From Lama glama (taxonomy: Eukaryota), in NCBI GenBank assembly GCA_028534125.1, contig CM052817.1:106208001-106272000 (forward strand): a stretch of 64,000 bases of DNA, written 5' to 3'. The translations under genes and the position numbers were made by a program. Position 1 is the first letter of the stretch, and each line of letters starts with the position of its first letter. The notes beneath the pieces are model-generated. The model was not told where the DNA came from, did not search any database, and saw nothing but the letters and a program-made list of their open reading frames with translations. Of this stretch, positions 24,812-38,632 are shown piece by piece.

Positions 24812-25311
24812 TGAAGGAATAGGAAAGGCACTAACTCCTCTGATGCTGAAACTGTTTGCTGATTTTTTTTCTGACTAAGAAGTTCTGCAGTTTGCTCTCC
24901 CTCCCTTACTGCTCTTGTGCGAAGCAGCCCCCAAGCCTCTCCCTGACATGTTTTATAATAGTCTTAACCCAGAGGCTGAGCTCCAGGAAGAAGGTGATGG
25001 GCCAATAATCTCACAAGAGTGGGCAGACCCTCCACTGTCCCCCCATGACGCCAGAAGGGTTCATCCGGGTTAGGAGGAACGTAGCAGTACCCTGTAAAGT
25101 GCCCTGATTGTTCCCACCTTTTCTGTTCCAGCCAGTTTTCTATAAAACTTCAAGACCCCAACCCCAGGGTGGATTCACAGTCACTAAGGTGTGAGTCTGC
25201 TGTGACTCCCCTTTCCTGGCAAAGCAATATGACTATTGTTTTTCTCCCCAGACTCTGCCTCCAAGTCTCAGTCTGGCTTTCAGTGTGCAAGAGGCGGGTT
25301 TTGTGGCAACC
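24812..25311 (+). mobile_element. 3' LTR (family A) of mosaic ERV
   Basis: tgaaggaatagg start, tataaaa at 25141, ends gtggcaac; preceded by cgccccaaagtcagcaggaaacagctag pre-LTR motif; candidate TSD acat/aaat. Confidence 0.9.
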
Positions 25312-27016
25312 AAATAACACTATTTAAAAGGAGATCACATCAACATAATTGATAAAAATTTCAATCTATATAGCTTCCTCTGCTATATTGATTAGAGTAA
25401 GTCAAATGGTGACATAGATGACACAAAATTTAAAATTAGAACACAGCCAAAAAGAAAAATATGGCAATCTAAAATGGAGGATTAAACAATATACTTATAA
25501 GAGAGAAGTCTCTTTTATTATAATTATCCTGTCTGCACCTTTCTATATATTGTCAAACTATGCTCATTTTATAATTTTTCTAAGGGGAAAATTATATATT
25601 TATTTTAAACAACCTGAAATTTAATCGTACTTATTGTATTATTGTTCACTGGTATTGGAAGCTCTTTGGTAAACTTAAAGAATGTGCATTCATTTTTACA
25701 GAGTTGTATTGACCACAGTTATTTTTGTCACGTTACAGTTTCTCTTGTAATCTGTCAACTCTGTCAGGTAAATATATACCATACACAATGTCATTCCTTT
25801 AAAGTCAATATGAAAGTAACACCTTTTCAAGATATAAACATATGCAGGATGTTTCATTATTTTCTTTATTGTTTAAGGCACTGGGAGAAGAGTCATTACA
25901 TTTAAAATTGAAATAATGGTGAGATGCATGGCAAGTCATCAAGTATGCTTTCTTTCCATAAACTAAAATCAAAGCAAGGATGACTAGAATGATTAGGAGA
26001 ATTTGATTTTTCTACTTTGAGCCTGAGAAATGAACAACAGATTATGTTAAATCAGTAGTTATGAGAGTGACCTCTATCTTCCTAAGATAAGGAAGAGATT
26101 GCTCATAGACAGATTGATAAATAGTCTTATAGAAGAGATAAACGAATAGATGACTGATAGTTATATGCAACACTTAGAAAATATACTGACTAACTGTGTA
26201 AATACGCTGAAGTCATTGAATTTCCAAATACATTTGTTTCCTTTCGTTTTAGAAGGGGCAGTAATGTTAAGTTCACCTCCCAAGGAAGAAATTGAATAAA
26301 TCTATTCATATGTAAACAATGATTGCATCAAACCAAGTATAAACATCAAGTGAAAATGGTGTGAGAATGAATTTGACTTATAGCTGGATTTCTCAGATTA
26401 TATCTGCATGACATAACAAGATTATCAATATCACTTATGTTTAACACACATAGGTCTACATTTAATTTAGAGATAGCACCACCAGAGTGGCAGATTAATG
26501 AATCAAGAAGTCTATCACGATATTTTTGTACTAATTTTTTAACTTAAATATAGACTTATTTTTTCCTTCCAAGAGCAACAAACATATTTAAAATGAGAGC
26601 TGGCTGTTCTTGGATTCAATATTATAACATGAATATATAATAATATAATTGGTAAAAGTATAATGATATCATTTGTAAATAAGTATGAATTTATAATAAT
26701 GATATCATATGTAAAATGTAAAGGACTTTACATGCACCCATCAGCATTACTTACGTAAATAATAAATATTCCACTGATCATGACAAATAGAAAATTTGAT
26801 TTCCCTGTTTTGATAATGATTTACCTTTTAATAATTCTTCTAAAGAAAACAAGGATTCTTGAGCCTCTTCTCTGGGCAGGAATCCTGGGTCAGATGCTTC
26901 TGGTGAGAAGAGATAAACATCATTGTTCCCTGTACCTTTTTGCCTCTTTCCATAGGTCTGAGTCCCTTATGTCTGCCTGAGGGAAGGATTTTGGATTTTT
27001 GTTTTGGATGTTCCCC

Positions 27017-27200
27017 CCCATTTTATTGAGATACAATACTGTGTAAGCTTAAGATTTATGATGTGTTGATTTGACCCACTTATCTCTTGCCATGTGATGA
27101 CCACCGTAGCATCATGTCACATGATTATCATTTCTTTTTTTGTATGAGAGGAATTAAGAGCTAGTCTCAGCAACTTTTGAAGTCTATGTTACAGAATTGT
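27017..27200 (-). mobile_element. L1MA-like 3' end
   Basis: ttttattgagatac...gtgttgatttga...atgaccacc...ctcagcaactttt. Confidence 0.75.
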
Positions 27201-27473
27201 CGGGAGGGACCAGTCCCTCTTTGAAATGAGGCCCATGCAGAGAATTCTCCCTTTTGTAGAACTTAGAATCAACTGATTTGGTATCTTAAGTACAAAAGTT
27301 CAACCTGTTGAAGAACGCCTCAGGGTGTGTTTGATGCACTGCCATTTGGAAATTTCCTACAGACTGAAGAGTGAGGAGCTGGGAGAAGGCTGATATTTCT
27401 GGGAGTAGCATTGATGAGTTACATCAGAATGTATCCAGGTGGAAAAGCCCCAAGCATTCTAACTGACTGGGTC

Positions 27474-27521
27474 GTGTGTGTGTGTGTGTGTGTGTACACA
27501 TACGTGTGTGTACACACATAT
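27474..27521. repeat. (TG)n/(CA)n microsatellite
   Basis: tgtg run followed by tacaca repeats. Confidence 0.9.
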
Positions 27522-28344
27522 CTGTATCAGTGTGCAGGTGTGAAATGAAATACCAGTTCCTCTGAGCATTTCCACAATTCTGGGGACTTTATTCAAGTCA
27601 TCCCTGAATTGGTGTGGAATGGAGAGTTAAAATTCTACTTTTCCCACTAATGGGACCATTATCACCTGAACAAATTCAAGGGGCTTGAAGCTGAGGCCAG
27701 GGATTTAGATGGCTCCAGAGAGCAAACGATCTGGGAGTGATTGCAGAAACCACCCTCAAAGGAGATATTTTATTTTTCACTCTATCAGCAAGTAGGAATG
27801 ACTAACCATTCATAATTTGTGGACACATGTGACGAGTCCAAGGATTTTACAGCTGTTTGGGCTGAAGCCTCCCAGGATGTTATCTAATAAAAAAAGATAC
27901 AGGATTGAAATATTAAGATCGAATATTGGCAAAAGTGTAACACAAAGCCTGAGAATTTCTTAGACACATATTGTCTTAAATGATGGTTGCTAGCTGGCTG
28001 TTGTCAATCAGTGTATCAAAAATAGCTTCCCACACTGACAACAAAGACCCTGTACACTGCTGGTTCTCATTAGCTATCGTTTGCCTCCTTTATTCATGAA
28101 CAGAATAGGCAAGACTATAGAACTAAAAATTAATTTTGAAAATAATTTTCCAAATAAAGATTTTATGTGAGGGCGACAAAATAAAACCCAGAGTTTCTCT
28201 TCACATTTCATCTGAAACAGAAGCAGGCATGTCTAGATATCTTACATGCAGTCCTGGAGACCGAAGGCTTACACTGTGTTTCCTTTCACAACAAATTATT
28301 CTGCTGTGGTTGCAGCAAGCTTTAGGATCGTGGCTGCTTAGCGT

Positions 28345-28565
28345 GAGAAATGTCAGTCCCATCTTCTCATTTCACAGATGAGGAAACTGGGGTCAAGAGA
28401 TCCATATTTGGGAGCACAAGCCGTGAACCCACCAAGACCATGTCTTGTAGCTGTGCCCACATGGCTGCTGAAAATGAATCTAACTTATTTTCATATATTA
28501 GGTGAGGAAGTTGAGAGTCAGACGGTTCAAATTATTCACCTGTGCTTAATGGCCAGTTGGTAGTT
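28345..28565 (-). mobile_element. MIR remnants (two core copies)
   Basis: ctcatttcacagatgaggaaactggggtca and taggtgaggaagttgagagtcagacggtt. Confidence 0.7.
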
Positions 28566-29808
28566 TTGAAGAGACGAGAATAAATGTATGCTGATTGCAT
28601 CACCCATTAACTTTGGGTGGTTATTTTTGTAGTATTGCTGTCTCTACCTTAAGTCTCCTGGGGGGCGAGGATCATGGTCCACATGGTGGATATTTCTAAT
28701 AACCTCTAAGCATATTTCACTCAACAGGTGATCAGTGAAAACAGGAATGCATGAGAAGAAAATAATGCAGCCTAAAAGACGATGATTTAACATAACCAAC
28801 ATTGAAAGACAGGAAATGCCTCATTCAAATTATTTCATGTATCTGTGCTAAGACAAGAAATGCAAAAGTATACAGCAGGACTTACCTATTTGAAAGCAAA
28901 GCAAGGGCAGCTTTCTAAAGTAAGGTCACCCAAGCCCAATGTATAACACATGGTTATCTCTAAAATATGTTGTTCTTGAAGCTTTTGAATTTTTGAAAAT
29001 GCATCATTATCAAGGCAGACATGGCACAGCTTGCCTACCACTTTGATGTTGGATGACTAGTTCTTAAGCTCTGTTTTCTTTGTGGTTAAATCCTTGGTTG
29101 AAGGGCTTGCAAGTCTGCCACAATAAAATAAAAAGAAAAATAATTACCACTTAGGATAATACATCTACCTCACAAATCACTGAGCTAAAATGAAAGGAGA
29201 TTGCAAAAGTACAGTGAGGTTATATCTAGTTTCTAAACTGAGTAATGATGGTGGTAAAATAAATATGAGAATGTTTATTTTAGTCTGTAATTCTTGGTTT
29301 ATTCTCTAGTGAGAGCCTTATCATGTAAATTTAGCTAGTGTGCATTTAAGAAAGCCAAGTTGTAAAGTTCTCACAATTTTGTTATAACGTCTTGTACTTG
29401 TGAAGGTATTTCAGAGTATATGATTCTTTATAAGAAGATATATGAACATGTTTTCATCATCCCTTACACAAAATCAAAGTATTTGAGGTAAAAGATCATA
29501 CAGTTGGGTATTCTGTGTGCAAGTGTACTATGGGAAAAATAAATTCATTGGCACCAACTTGAGCATCACAAATGCATAAACATTCTTGATTTTTCTACCT
29601 TTGATCCCCTTTTAAAATGAGGAGTCACAACAAATGCGTTTATATGCAAATATAATTTAAGCAAATATTAGCTACATAAATTGTATATATGTTAAATGCA
29701 GAAAAGTTGTATATTTACAAACTCAACAGATTTCTTGACTGCCTGTTGAAGCTTAGGCATTATACCGGGCGGTAAGAGTATAGGGACCTATGGCCCTGCC
29801 TTCCAGTG

Positions 29809-29975
29809 CAGTGATTTACAACCCTGGCTCTGTTTCATTGTTACTAATAGAGATTCTAAAATAAAGACACCTGACCCCACTTTGGGAAACTAAGATTCGG
29901 AACCTCTAAGGCAGGTTCTGATGAATTCTATTAAAACTCAGTAATTAAAATGAACACATACTTCTTAAAAACCAG
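29809..29975. mobile_element. MER5-type hAT remnant
   Basis: cagtgatttacaaccctggct start, ...aaaaccag end. Confidence 0.5.
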
Positions 29976-30454
29976 CCTCATCTGTATGACTTAGTGTGAG
30001 GAAAGTGTAATGAAAATCATTCTAAGAATGCCATATAAATACCTGCTGGGTACAGAATGAGCATGGATGACAGATGCCTAACCCATTGTATGTTTCCCAA
30101 AACTCATTGCATGAGTCTCAGGCTGTTTGACTTGGATTTTAATAAATAGAGGGTAAGAAAATACAACAGATTTTCTGCAAAGCTTTAGGTACAGAATAGA
30201 TGAGATTGGAGAGGCAACCACAGACAGATCATGAGGTGCACTGAGCATTTTGAAATCTTCCTGGAAGGCAGTAGGCACTCATGTACATAAAAAAGTCCTA
30301 TCTGTATTCTGGGAAGTGAACTCTGACTTCAGAGTTAACATCCAGGGTCAGTTCTTACAGGAATCAGGGACTATGTCTCCCAGCACGCCCCTCAGCGACC
30401 TCCAGAGTTAGGCCAGACTCTTTGAGTCAGAGCCCAAGTAAACAATTGAAGAAA

Positions 30455-30846
30455 AAAAAAATGTCAGAGATGGTAGAATTAGTGAATAGGGAATTTAAAA
30501 CAGCTGTTAACAATATTTATAAAGTTTTAAAGTAAATTGTGAAGATGATGGGGGATGGCATGGAAGATGTTTTTAAAAAGAATCAAATAGAACTTTTAAA
30601 ACTTGGAGATAGATTGATAGACAAATAGAAATGATAATATATCTCTGTTCACTGAACTGACCTAGCAGAATAAATTTAGACTAAAATATTAGTGAAAATT
30701 AGAACATAGCAATCGAAATTATCCAAATTGAAGTGGAGAAAGAAAAGGGTAAAGAAAATGAACAAGACCTCTTTAACCTGTGGAATAACATATAATGGTC
30801 TAGCATATATATTTAGAGTCCCAGATTTCAAGAGAGAAAAAGGGTC
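30455..30846 (+). mobile_element. Old L1 ORF1 remnant
   Basis: tttaaaacagctgtt...aaagaatcaaatagaactt...tagtgaa...gaaattatccaaattgaa...aatgaacaagacctc...acctgtggaataacat. Confidence 0.75.
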
Positions 30847-31271
30847 GAATATGAGCTCACTAGTAAAAGCCAGTACACAGAGCCTAGGACGGGAACAATG
30901 CTAGCAGTGGGGGCAGGCTGTCGTGCTAACATGCACAATTCTCTGCCTGCCCTTGATGAAGTTGGTACTAATTGGTCCTGTGGTTCCATTGAAGATTGAA
31001 ATATATTTAATCATATGAAAGCAATTTATTAAATAATATACTTTGGTTACAAGCTTGTCTAGGTGCTGGGTAGTGACTTGAACTCCAGGTGCATTCTAGA
31101 TGGAGTCCTAGATGCATCCTAGATAGAGCTCTAGAATGGAACATACCAAGAAAAAGATGAAAGCAGGAAACCCTTGAGCGGGCACCTATTATGGTCCAGT
31201 AGTGGGAGACAATGTGGGTCAGAATTTGTTCAGTGGGAAGTGAACACTCAGGAAAAGGATGGGTTTAAAAG

Positions 31272-31370
31272 GATATATACACATGTATATGTGTAACTGA
31301 ATCACTGTGCTGTACACCAGAAACTAACACAACATTGTAAATCAACTATACTTCAATAAAAATTAAATCA
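31272..31370 (+). mobile_element. Short L1 3' end
   Basis: taactgaatcactgtgctgtacaccagaaactaacacaacattgtaaatcaactatacttcaataaaa. Confidence 0.9.
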
Positions 31371-31660
31371 AACTAAATTAAGTTTTTTAGAAAGACTTTA
31401 TGGAAGTAGAATAGAATTTGGCCACGCTGACTGAATGAGGGTGAGGAACAATTCATATTAGATTGGAAATTTTGAAATATGAAGGAAAGAAAAAGTGTCA
31501 TAGAGAAAGAAGACAGATATGTTCTAATGCATATATGTAAATATTTCAAAGCATGGACAGGGCAAGAAGTTAGAAATGTCAAGAAGATACATGGTTGAAC
31601 TAAATCTTCTGAGTCGGGATCATACATTTAGATTTGGGGATGATTTTTTAAATGTATTTT

Positions 31661-32018
31661 CTTTTTTGTATTTTTTTTTATTGAAGTATAGTCAATTTAC
31701 AATGTGTCAGTTTCTATTGTACAGCATAAAACTTCAGTCATACATGAACATACATATATTCATTTTCATGTTCTTTTTCATCCTAAGTTACTACGAGATA
31801 GTGAATATAGTTCCCTGTGCTATACAATATAAACTTGTTATTTATCTATTTTACATATAGTGGTTAGTATCTGCAAATCTCAAAGTCCCCGTTTATCCCT
31901 TCCCACCCCCATAAGTTTGTTTTCTATGTCTGTGGGTCTGTTTCTGTTTTATAAATAGTTTGTCTTTTTTTTTTTTGATTCCACATGTAAGTGATATCAT
32001 ATGGTATTTTATCTTTCT
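31661..32018 (-). mobile_element. L1 3' end
   Basis: ttttattgaagtatagtcaatttacaatg...atagttccctgtgctatac...tccacatgtaagtgatatcatatggtattt. Confidence 0.9.
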
Positions 32019-33852
32019 TAATGTCTAAAACCATTTGCTGTACTTAGTAATTTTTCAGCCAAAATTTTTTTATTTAATGAATTAATATGATTTGTGCATC
32101 AGCATTTGGGGAAGACTGCAATATTTTTCAAGGTGGGTAAAAAGTGGGAGGGGATACCTAGATACTTCGAAAGACAGCGTTTACTTAGAAGATTGAAGGC
32201 AGCCATAAACTCAAAAGTGGTGATGAGAATGCTGTGCTAGAGTGATTGTAGGATGAAGCTTTTATAGAAGACACTTTGCATATCATCAAAAAAGCAGCAG
32301 CTTTTGTTAAGGAAATTAAATGTGTGGACACAACAGATAGGTTGTTTATTGAGGAAAAGGTGAGACTCAGTATATGTAACTAGGTCACAAAGCAATAGGA
32401 TGTAAAACTGATCTGAGTTAATTTCTCACCATAAACTTAAAATACAGTCCACATGAATATTTCCAAATGTTAATGCTTTTAGTGTATCCTATAGCAGAAC
32501 GGGGCTATAAAGTATGCAGTGCTGAAAACAGCATTATCATCCAATATTAAAAGCATTGATTGGAGGAAGTGAGCAATAGTGGCAAAGTCTATGGACTCGT
32601 TAGCATTCCAAAGTATTATGTAGCACTGAAATCTTTTCAATACGCTGCCCCAGGCAGCCTTTCCACTGAGAAGTGCGGGACGGTGTATGTGATCTGTGCC
32701 AGCGCTACTCTCTGCTGCCAAGGTTAATTCATCCAGATCAGTCTTGGGTATCTAGAGTTGTCTCAACCTGCTTATAAAAAATAGGATAACCAAAATCAGC
32801 AGCAATTTTTGTCCATTGCCTTGAGGACTTTATGTTGATATGTGGAGCAATTGCATATTTTTTTCAGTGTAACATATGAAGATCAGTATATAGTAAGCAT
32901 TTGTTTATTTACACTTATTTGTTTTTCCCTAAAAGACTCACAGGATTTCTCATTTTCTATAATGTGCAATAATTATGTCAGTAATCAAAGTATCACATTC
33001 AATACATTTTCTCTCACTTTCTAAATCAGTCACTGTGTTGATTTTAAAGATGGACAGATAGACAATAACAAACACATTCACACACATATGCATGGTGTTT
33101 CACATATATGTGCACAATTTATAAATAAGTTTGAGACAAGAGACAAGTAACGTGATCATCATAAAAATTCCGCCAAAAACTCATCAACAGTAATTCAAGA
33201 GCTTTATATTGATTATGTCCTCTTATTAGATATAGGAGAAGACTTGAAAATAATACAGAATTTTTTATAGTTAGTAAATATACACTGGCAAGTGTTTCCA
33301 TCAATGGCTGTATCTCTATACTATCCATTATTCATTTATCTGACAATTCTTAGATGCAAGATACATCACCAGTCTCTAGGAATGTGATCAACTTCTCTTC
33401 TAAACCAAATAATGACTCTCAAAAAAAGTACTGTATAATTTAGTAGAAGTGTAAAGTTGTTACTGTTTTGTTTTAAAAGATGTCAACTAAATCCAAAAAA
33501 AGATTCATGTTAGCAATTATTTAAGAATAATGTTAACCCATTCTAAACTCATTCCTGGGAATTATAATTATATAGCAATTTGAGAGGAAGGATGAGAGTA
33601 AACTCAAGTGATGGAATGTAGCAATTCATAGTTACAGATTCAGTAGTAAACATTTAATTTCCTTCCAGTATTTTTAGAACCTGATTCCGATCTCTACAAT
33701 CCTCTTTATCATTGTTCAGTAAATTAAATAAACAAACAAACAAAATAAGACAAAAAAAAAAAACCAGTAAGAAAATGACAGTGGCTAGTGTTTTAGTAAT
33801 ACCCTCTCCTACTTTTTTGATGATTTGGAAAAATATATATTTGAAATAATAC

Positions 33853-34371
33853 TGTTACCAAATCCAAACTCATTCTGCTGGCCACATGACAGGCCAATAA
33901 ATTGGGAGATGAGGTGTTGGGACAAGGATTAGCAACTTCATTCAGAAAGCCAGCAGACCAAGAAGGTGGCAGACTAATATCCTGGAGAACCATCCTCCCC
34001 AGTCAGAATTCAGGCTCCTTTTATACTGAAAAGGGGAGGGGGTGTGGTTGGTTGTTGCAAACTTCTTGGTGTTAGAATCCTTTGTTCTTGCAGCTGTCCA
34101 CAAGGGTCAGATCATGGTGTCCCTGTAAACCTCCAACAAAACAATTGTTATTTTCTATTATGCACCTTTTATCTCTATAGGAAAGGAAAAATGTTAATAT
34201 CCTTAAAGGTCAGAGCCTTGAGGATGGGCTCTCCTGTCTATGTCAGGCTCTAGGCAACATTCTTTTACAAAAGGTGCAGAACCAGCATGACTGAGCCCAG
34301 GAAACAGAGCCCAGGGTTAGAGCTAAAGGAACAGGTCTCCTAGGGAGTCAGATTTGTTCTTCCCTATGACA
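33853..34371 (-). mobile_element. Solo ERV1-class LTR (family D)
   Basis: TG...CA termini; exact 4-bp TSD atac (33849-33852, 34372-34375); homologous to 17938-18452. Confidence 0.92.
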
Positions 34372-34974
34372 ATACTACTGTACTAACAAGAATCTATAAG
34401 ATTGTGATTATTAAAGTCTTAAATCTGCAGCAACAAATATGACTCAAGTGTTAAACAAAACCAATTTGGGGATAAAGCAGGTGGCAAAACAGGTTTGAAG
34501 TTTATCTGAAAAACATCAGAACTATTGAACTGCATGAAGGAATTCAGCAAATGTTGGGGTAAAGTGATTAGAACTAATATAGCTCATTATTATCAATATA
34601 TTTCTTCTTGGCACTTTAATTCTCCTGTCACAGCTTCACTTCAGTGCAGTGAGACCATTGCTTAGGTTGATTGTAGATTTTCATACATCAACTGTGGAAT
34701 AGTGAGCTACCAAGAGGTACCATATATTGTAGTGATGGTTCATTTGTGGTGCTATGATAATTTATATTATACAGCAATATTTGATCAATTTTTCAATGTA
34801 TTATTTAATTTTACTTTATTTTTTCATACACTTAAGTTCTGGAAAGTAGAAATCCCTAATATTGGTTAAGAAAGGTCTAGATTTCCTGTTCCTAAAGCAA
34901 TTATAATAACCTGGAAATAATGACATTTTTCAATTCAGCCAATTTTTAACCTCAATAAAAAGAAAAGGCTAATT

Positions 34975-35057
34975 AAAAAAATTGTTGATTTACAATGTTA
35001 GTTTCAGGTGTACAACAAAGTGATTCAGTTACACATATAAATACATATATATTTCTT
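34975..35057 (-). mobile_element. Short L1 3' end
   Basis: gttgatttacaatgttagtttcaggtgtacaacaaagtgattcagtta. Confidence 0.8.
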
Positions 35058-37396
35058 GTGATAGCATATAATTAAAAAGGATCTGAGAAGAAAAAAATGA
35101 CTAATTTTTAAGCATAGTCCCTATATATTCCATTGTGAAATAAAAATGAATAGTTGAAAATATATCAAAAACTAGGAATACGTTATCATCAGATGACAAA
35201 ATTTTCATAATGTATTTCACTCTTCCAAGATAGGTATTCTTTATAACTCTAATATCTATTACATGACTTTGGCAGTTTTTTTTTTTTGGTTTATATTCAT
35301 AAGTTTGTCAGACAGCAGAGAATAGATTTTGATATTTTTTTAAATCGAATATGATTTATGTCATTTATGTTTATATCACTTTATGTTCCTTGTTTAACAA
35401 TTAAACTTGCTTAGTATTTGGTTTAATCCCACCTTCACTTTTAGAAAAGAGGTGGAGGGAAAGAAGCAATAAATGAAGCCAAGTAATTCAAACAGTATCC
35501 AAAAACTAGGATGCTGTACCCACAGCAACATCATTGGCGGCCAGGATTTAGATGATGGTCTTTTTTTAATTGTGATGATGTTTTATAATACAGAAGACTT
35601 TTAGGGGTGTGGTGGGGGAGGGACTGCCAGAATTAAGTAAGCCCCATTGAACATCTCAGTTAAGTTAGCAGTTATCCATTTGTCCACACCAAATTGTACT
35701 CAGGCCCATATATGGTGATTCTTAGTGCTACTGATAACTTACAAAATACAAGTTTAAAAAACAAAATGATGTCAAATTATGCAGGATTTCCATTTCCTGG
35801 CAATAATATTGCCTATTCAGTAAACACTTTTCTACCATTTTTACTTAAATAGAAAGAATAAAGGATTAAAATAATAAGTAATTAATGTTAAAATTTAATA
35901 CTTAAATATTTTTACTGTTTAATATTTAAAGAAGCTATGTATTCTCCGTGATCCAATACTAGTGATAAAACACCATGCAAATACATTCAATTATTATATC
36001 TAACACACTAGCATTATAAAAGGCTGATTGTGACAAAATGCTAGCTTCTAAAGGACTAAAGGAAATTCAGATTACATGTTCTTGCCTTTGAATTCCTTGT
36101 AGTATAATGGAGGAAACAAGATGCAAGTAATAGAAAATTGGAGGGTTATATCTGGTGGTATATAAGCAAGTGCTATAATATTTGCTAAGACAGTGATTTA
36201 TATAGAAGCATTAGATGAAGAAGGAAACACTGTGGAGAGGAAACGTTGAGAAAAGCTGTATTAGAGAGATGGTACCTAGGATGCACTTTACAGGACATTT
36301 GGTTTCACTAGGATTCCAGCTAACCTCTCATCTTCTGTTTTCTGAAGTCATACATGCCATTTTCACCCACATCACTCCAAGTATGAATGTCAGTCCCTCC
36401 TTGATTTCCCTCAAATGTATAATTCAAAAAAAAATTAATTTTGTAATGCATACTTCAATAAAGTGTGTACAGAGAGGAAAAAATGTATATTTCTGCAAAA
36501 CAAATTAATATAAAATCTCCTTAGACATACGTATTTTCTAATAGCCAAGGTCCCTACTCAGATTTCTCCTCACATATTTCCTCTACAGTGGCAACCTTGC
36601 TAGAAATGTTTTTTCCTCTCTCTCCTGGATTTTCCAGAGACATTCAAATTCTCCTCTTCATCATGTGGAACATCTCAGCCTAAGCCCATGTCTAACTTTT
36701 AAGCTTGCATATCCCAATGCAAACAAAAGTGCTTCCATTGTACAAGATCCACCCTCCAATGGGTACAGTTTTAAAGTCTGCCTTTGACAATACACATGAT
36801 TCAACCTAAGCTAATTTCTTATAATTATATTGCTGTCTTAAAGAGGAATTTGGAGAGATATAGATATACTTTTACTATAATATGCAGATCAAATTATAAA
36901 AGTAGAAGCCTGATTGGACAAGATCAGACAAAGCACAGAATAAGAAGTGAAAATGAGCTATGTCGGGTAAAACAGGAAGTTCAACTTTTGGAATACAGTT
37001 CTCATGTTGGTATATAAAGGAAGATAAATTTAAGTTGGTAATAGAAAACAGGTGACTTTATTTTAAACATTTGAGTACTATAAATGTCTTGCTGAAGGCT
37101 TAAAATCCAATGTGATAAGCATCAACAGCACCTTAGCAATCAAGCCTGCTACAAAGTACAAGAACTACATTTAGAATAGAAACATTGTGATGGGTCAGAA
37201 ATCAGGTCAAAGGTGAAGGGAAGTATGAGTAGATAGGAAAGAAGGCTACTGAAGCAAACCAAATATGGGATGACTGGTTTTCAAATCAGGAAGGGTGATG
37301 CAGATAAAGAGGGAGACTGAATCTGAAGAGTTAGAAAAATCAAATTGCGTGGCATATTAAGGCACATGTCAGATTAATATTTACGTATCAAAATTA

Positions 37397-37899
37397 TTTT
37401 TATTGAACTATAGTTGACTTACAGTGTTGTGTTAGTTGTTTCAGGTGTATAGCAAAGTGATTCAGTTATGAATATATATATCCTTTTTCAAATTCTTTTT
37501 CATTATAGGTTGTAATAAAATATTGAAATTAGTTCCCTGGGCTCTGTTTTGTATATGATAGTGTATATCTGTTAATCCCTAACACCTTACTTACCCCTCC
37601 CTCCTCTTTCCCCTTAGGTAACCATAATTTTATTTTCTATGTCTATGAGTCAGTTTCTGTTTTGTAAATAAGTTCATTTGTGTTATTTTTTCTTAGATTT
37701 CATATATAAGTGAGATCATATGACATTTGTCTTTTTCTGTCTGACTTACTTTACTTATAACGATAATCTACAGGTCCATCTATGTTGCTGCAAATAGATT
37801 ATTTCATCCTTTTTTATGGCTGAGTAATATTCCATTGTATACATATATCACATCTTCTTTATTCAGTCATCTGTCAATGGACATTTAGATTGTTTCCAT
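37397..37899 (-). mobile_element. L1 3' end
   Basis: tttattgaactatagttgacttacagtg...tccatctatgttgctgcaaat...tggacatttagattgtttcca; aaaatta on both flanks. Confidence 0.9.
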
Positions 37900-38594
37900 A
37901 AAAATTAGAACATTAAAAAACATTTATATTGCATACATGCTAACTCTGAAAGCAATCAGGGGCAAATGAACAACAATATCTTGTACTAAACAGTAAATCC
38001 AAAAATCAGGTTTCATGAGGCTGAAAATAAGCTTAATCTCATGAAAAAATATATTTTATTGTACAGATTCATCTTTACATTCTATTTGTGAATTAGGGTA
38101 TTTTCCTATGGTTTTCACTAGAATAAAATATATCCTTAATATATATATATTTTATGCACTAGAATATATATATGACTCTAATGCTGAATTAGTTTTGAGT
38201 TTGATAGTGGGGTTTTTTTTATTATTTTTTAAAATTAAAAAAAATTTTTTTGATAGTGGGTTTCTTAAGCTATATATTCCAAGTGCTGTCCACAGTGAAG
38301 TAGGCATGCTCTTTGTGGGAAGGAAACTATTAGAACTTCTATTTATATATTTTTAATTTGCTTTCTTAGTATCTATTTTTATATATAGTTTACAATACAT
38401 ATACTAGGGTCATGAGCATACATATGACTTATAAATAATATATACTCGTGTGTGTGTGTGTATGCACACACATTACATCTTAATTTTTTTGTGTAATGAA
38501 GAAGATCTGGGATCCACCATTAGTTCATAAGTGATGAACTAACCATGCCTGATGTACCCGTAGACAAATATTAAACTGTTAATTATATATATGT

Positions 38595-38596
<2 letters not shown>

Positions 38597-38632
<36 letters not shown>
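38597..38632. repeat. (CA)n microsatellite
   Basis: caca run. Confidence 0.95.

Noticed and set aside
31085..31140. Short ctagat repeat cluster
   Set aside because: Low-copy degenerate tandem repeat with no spacer structure; not CRISPR-like, and the DNA is mammalian
32490..32540. Possible REST/RE1 site (ttcagcac on the minus strand)
   Set aside because: Only the left half-site matches; GGACAG is absent
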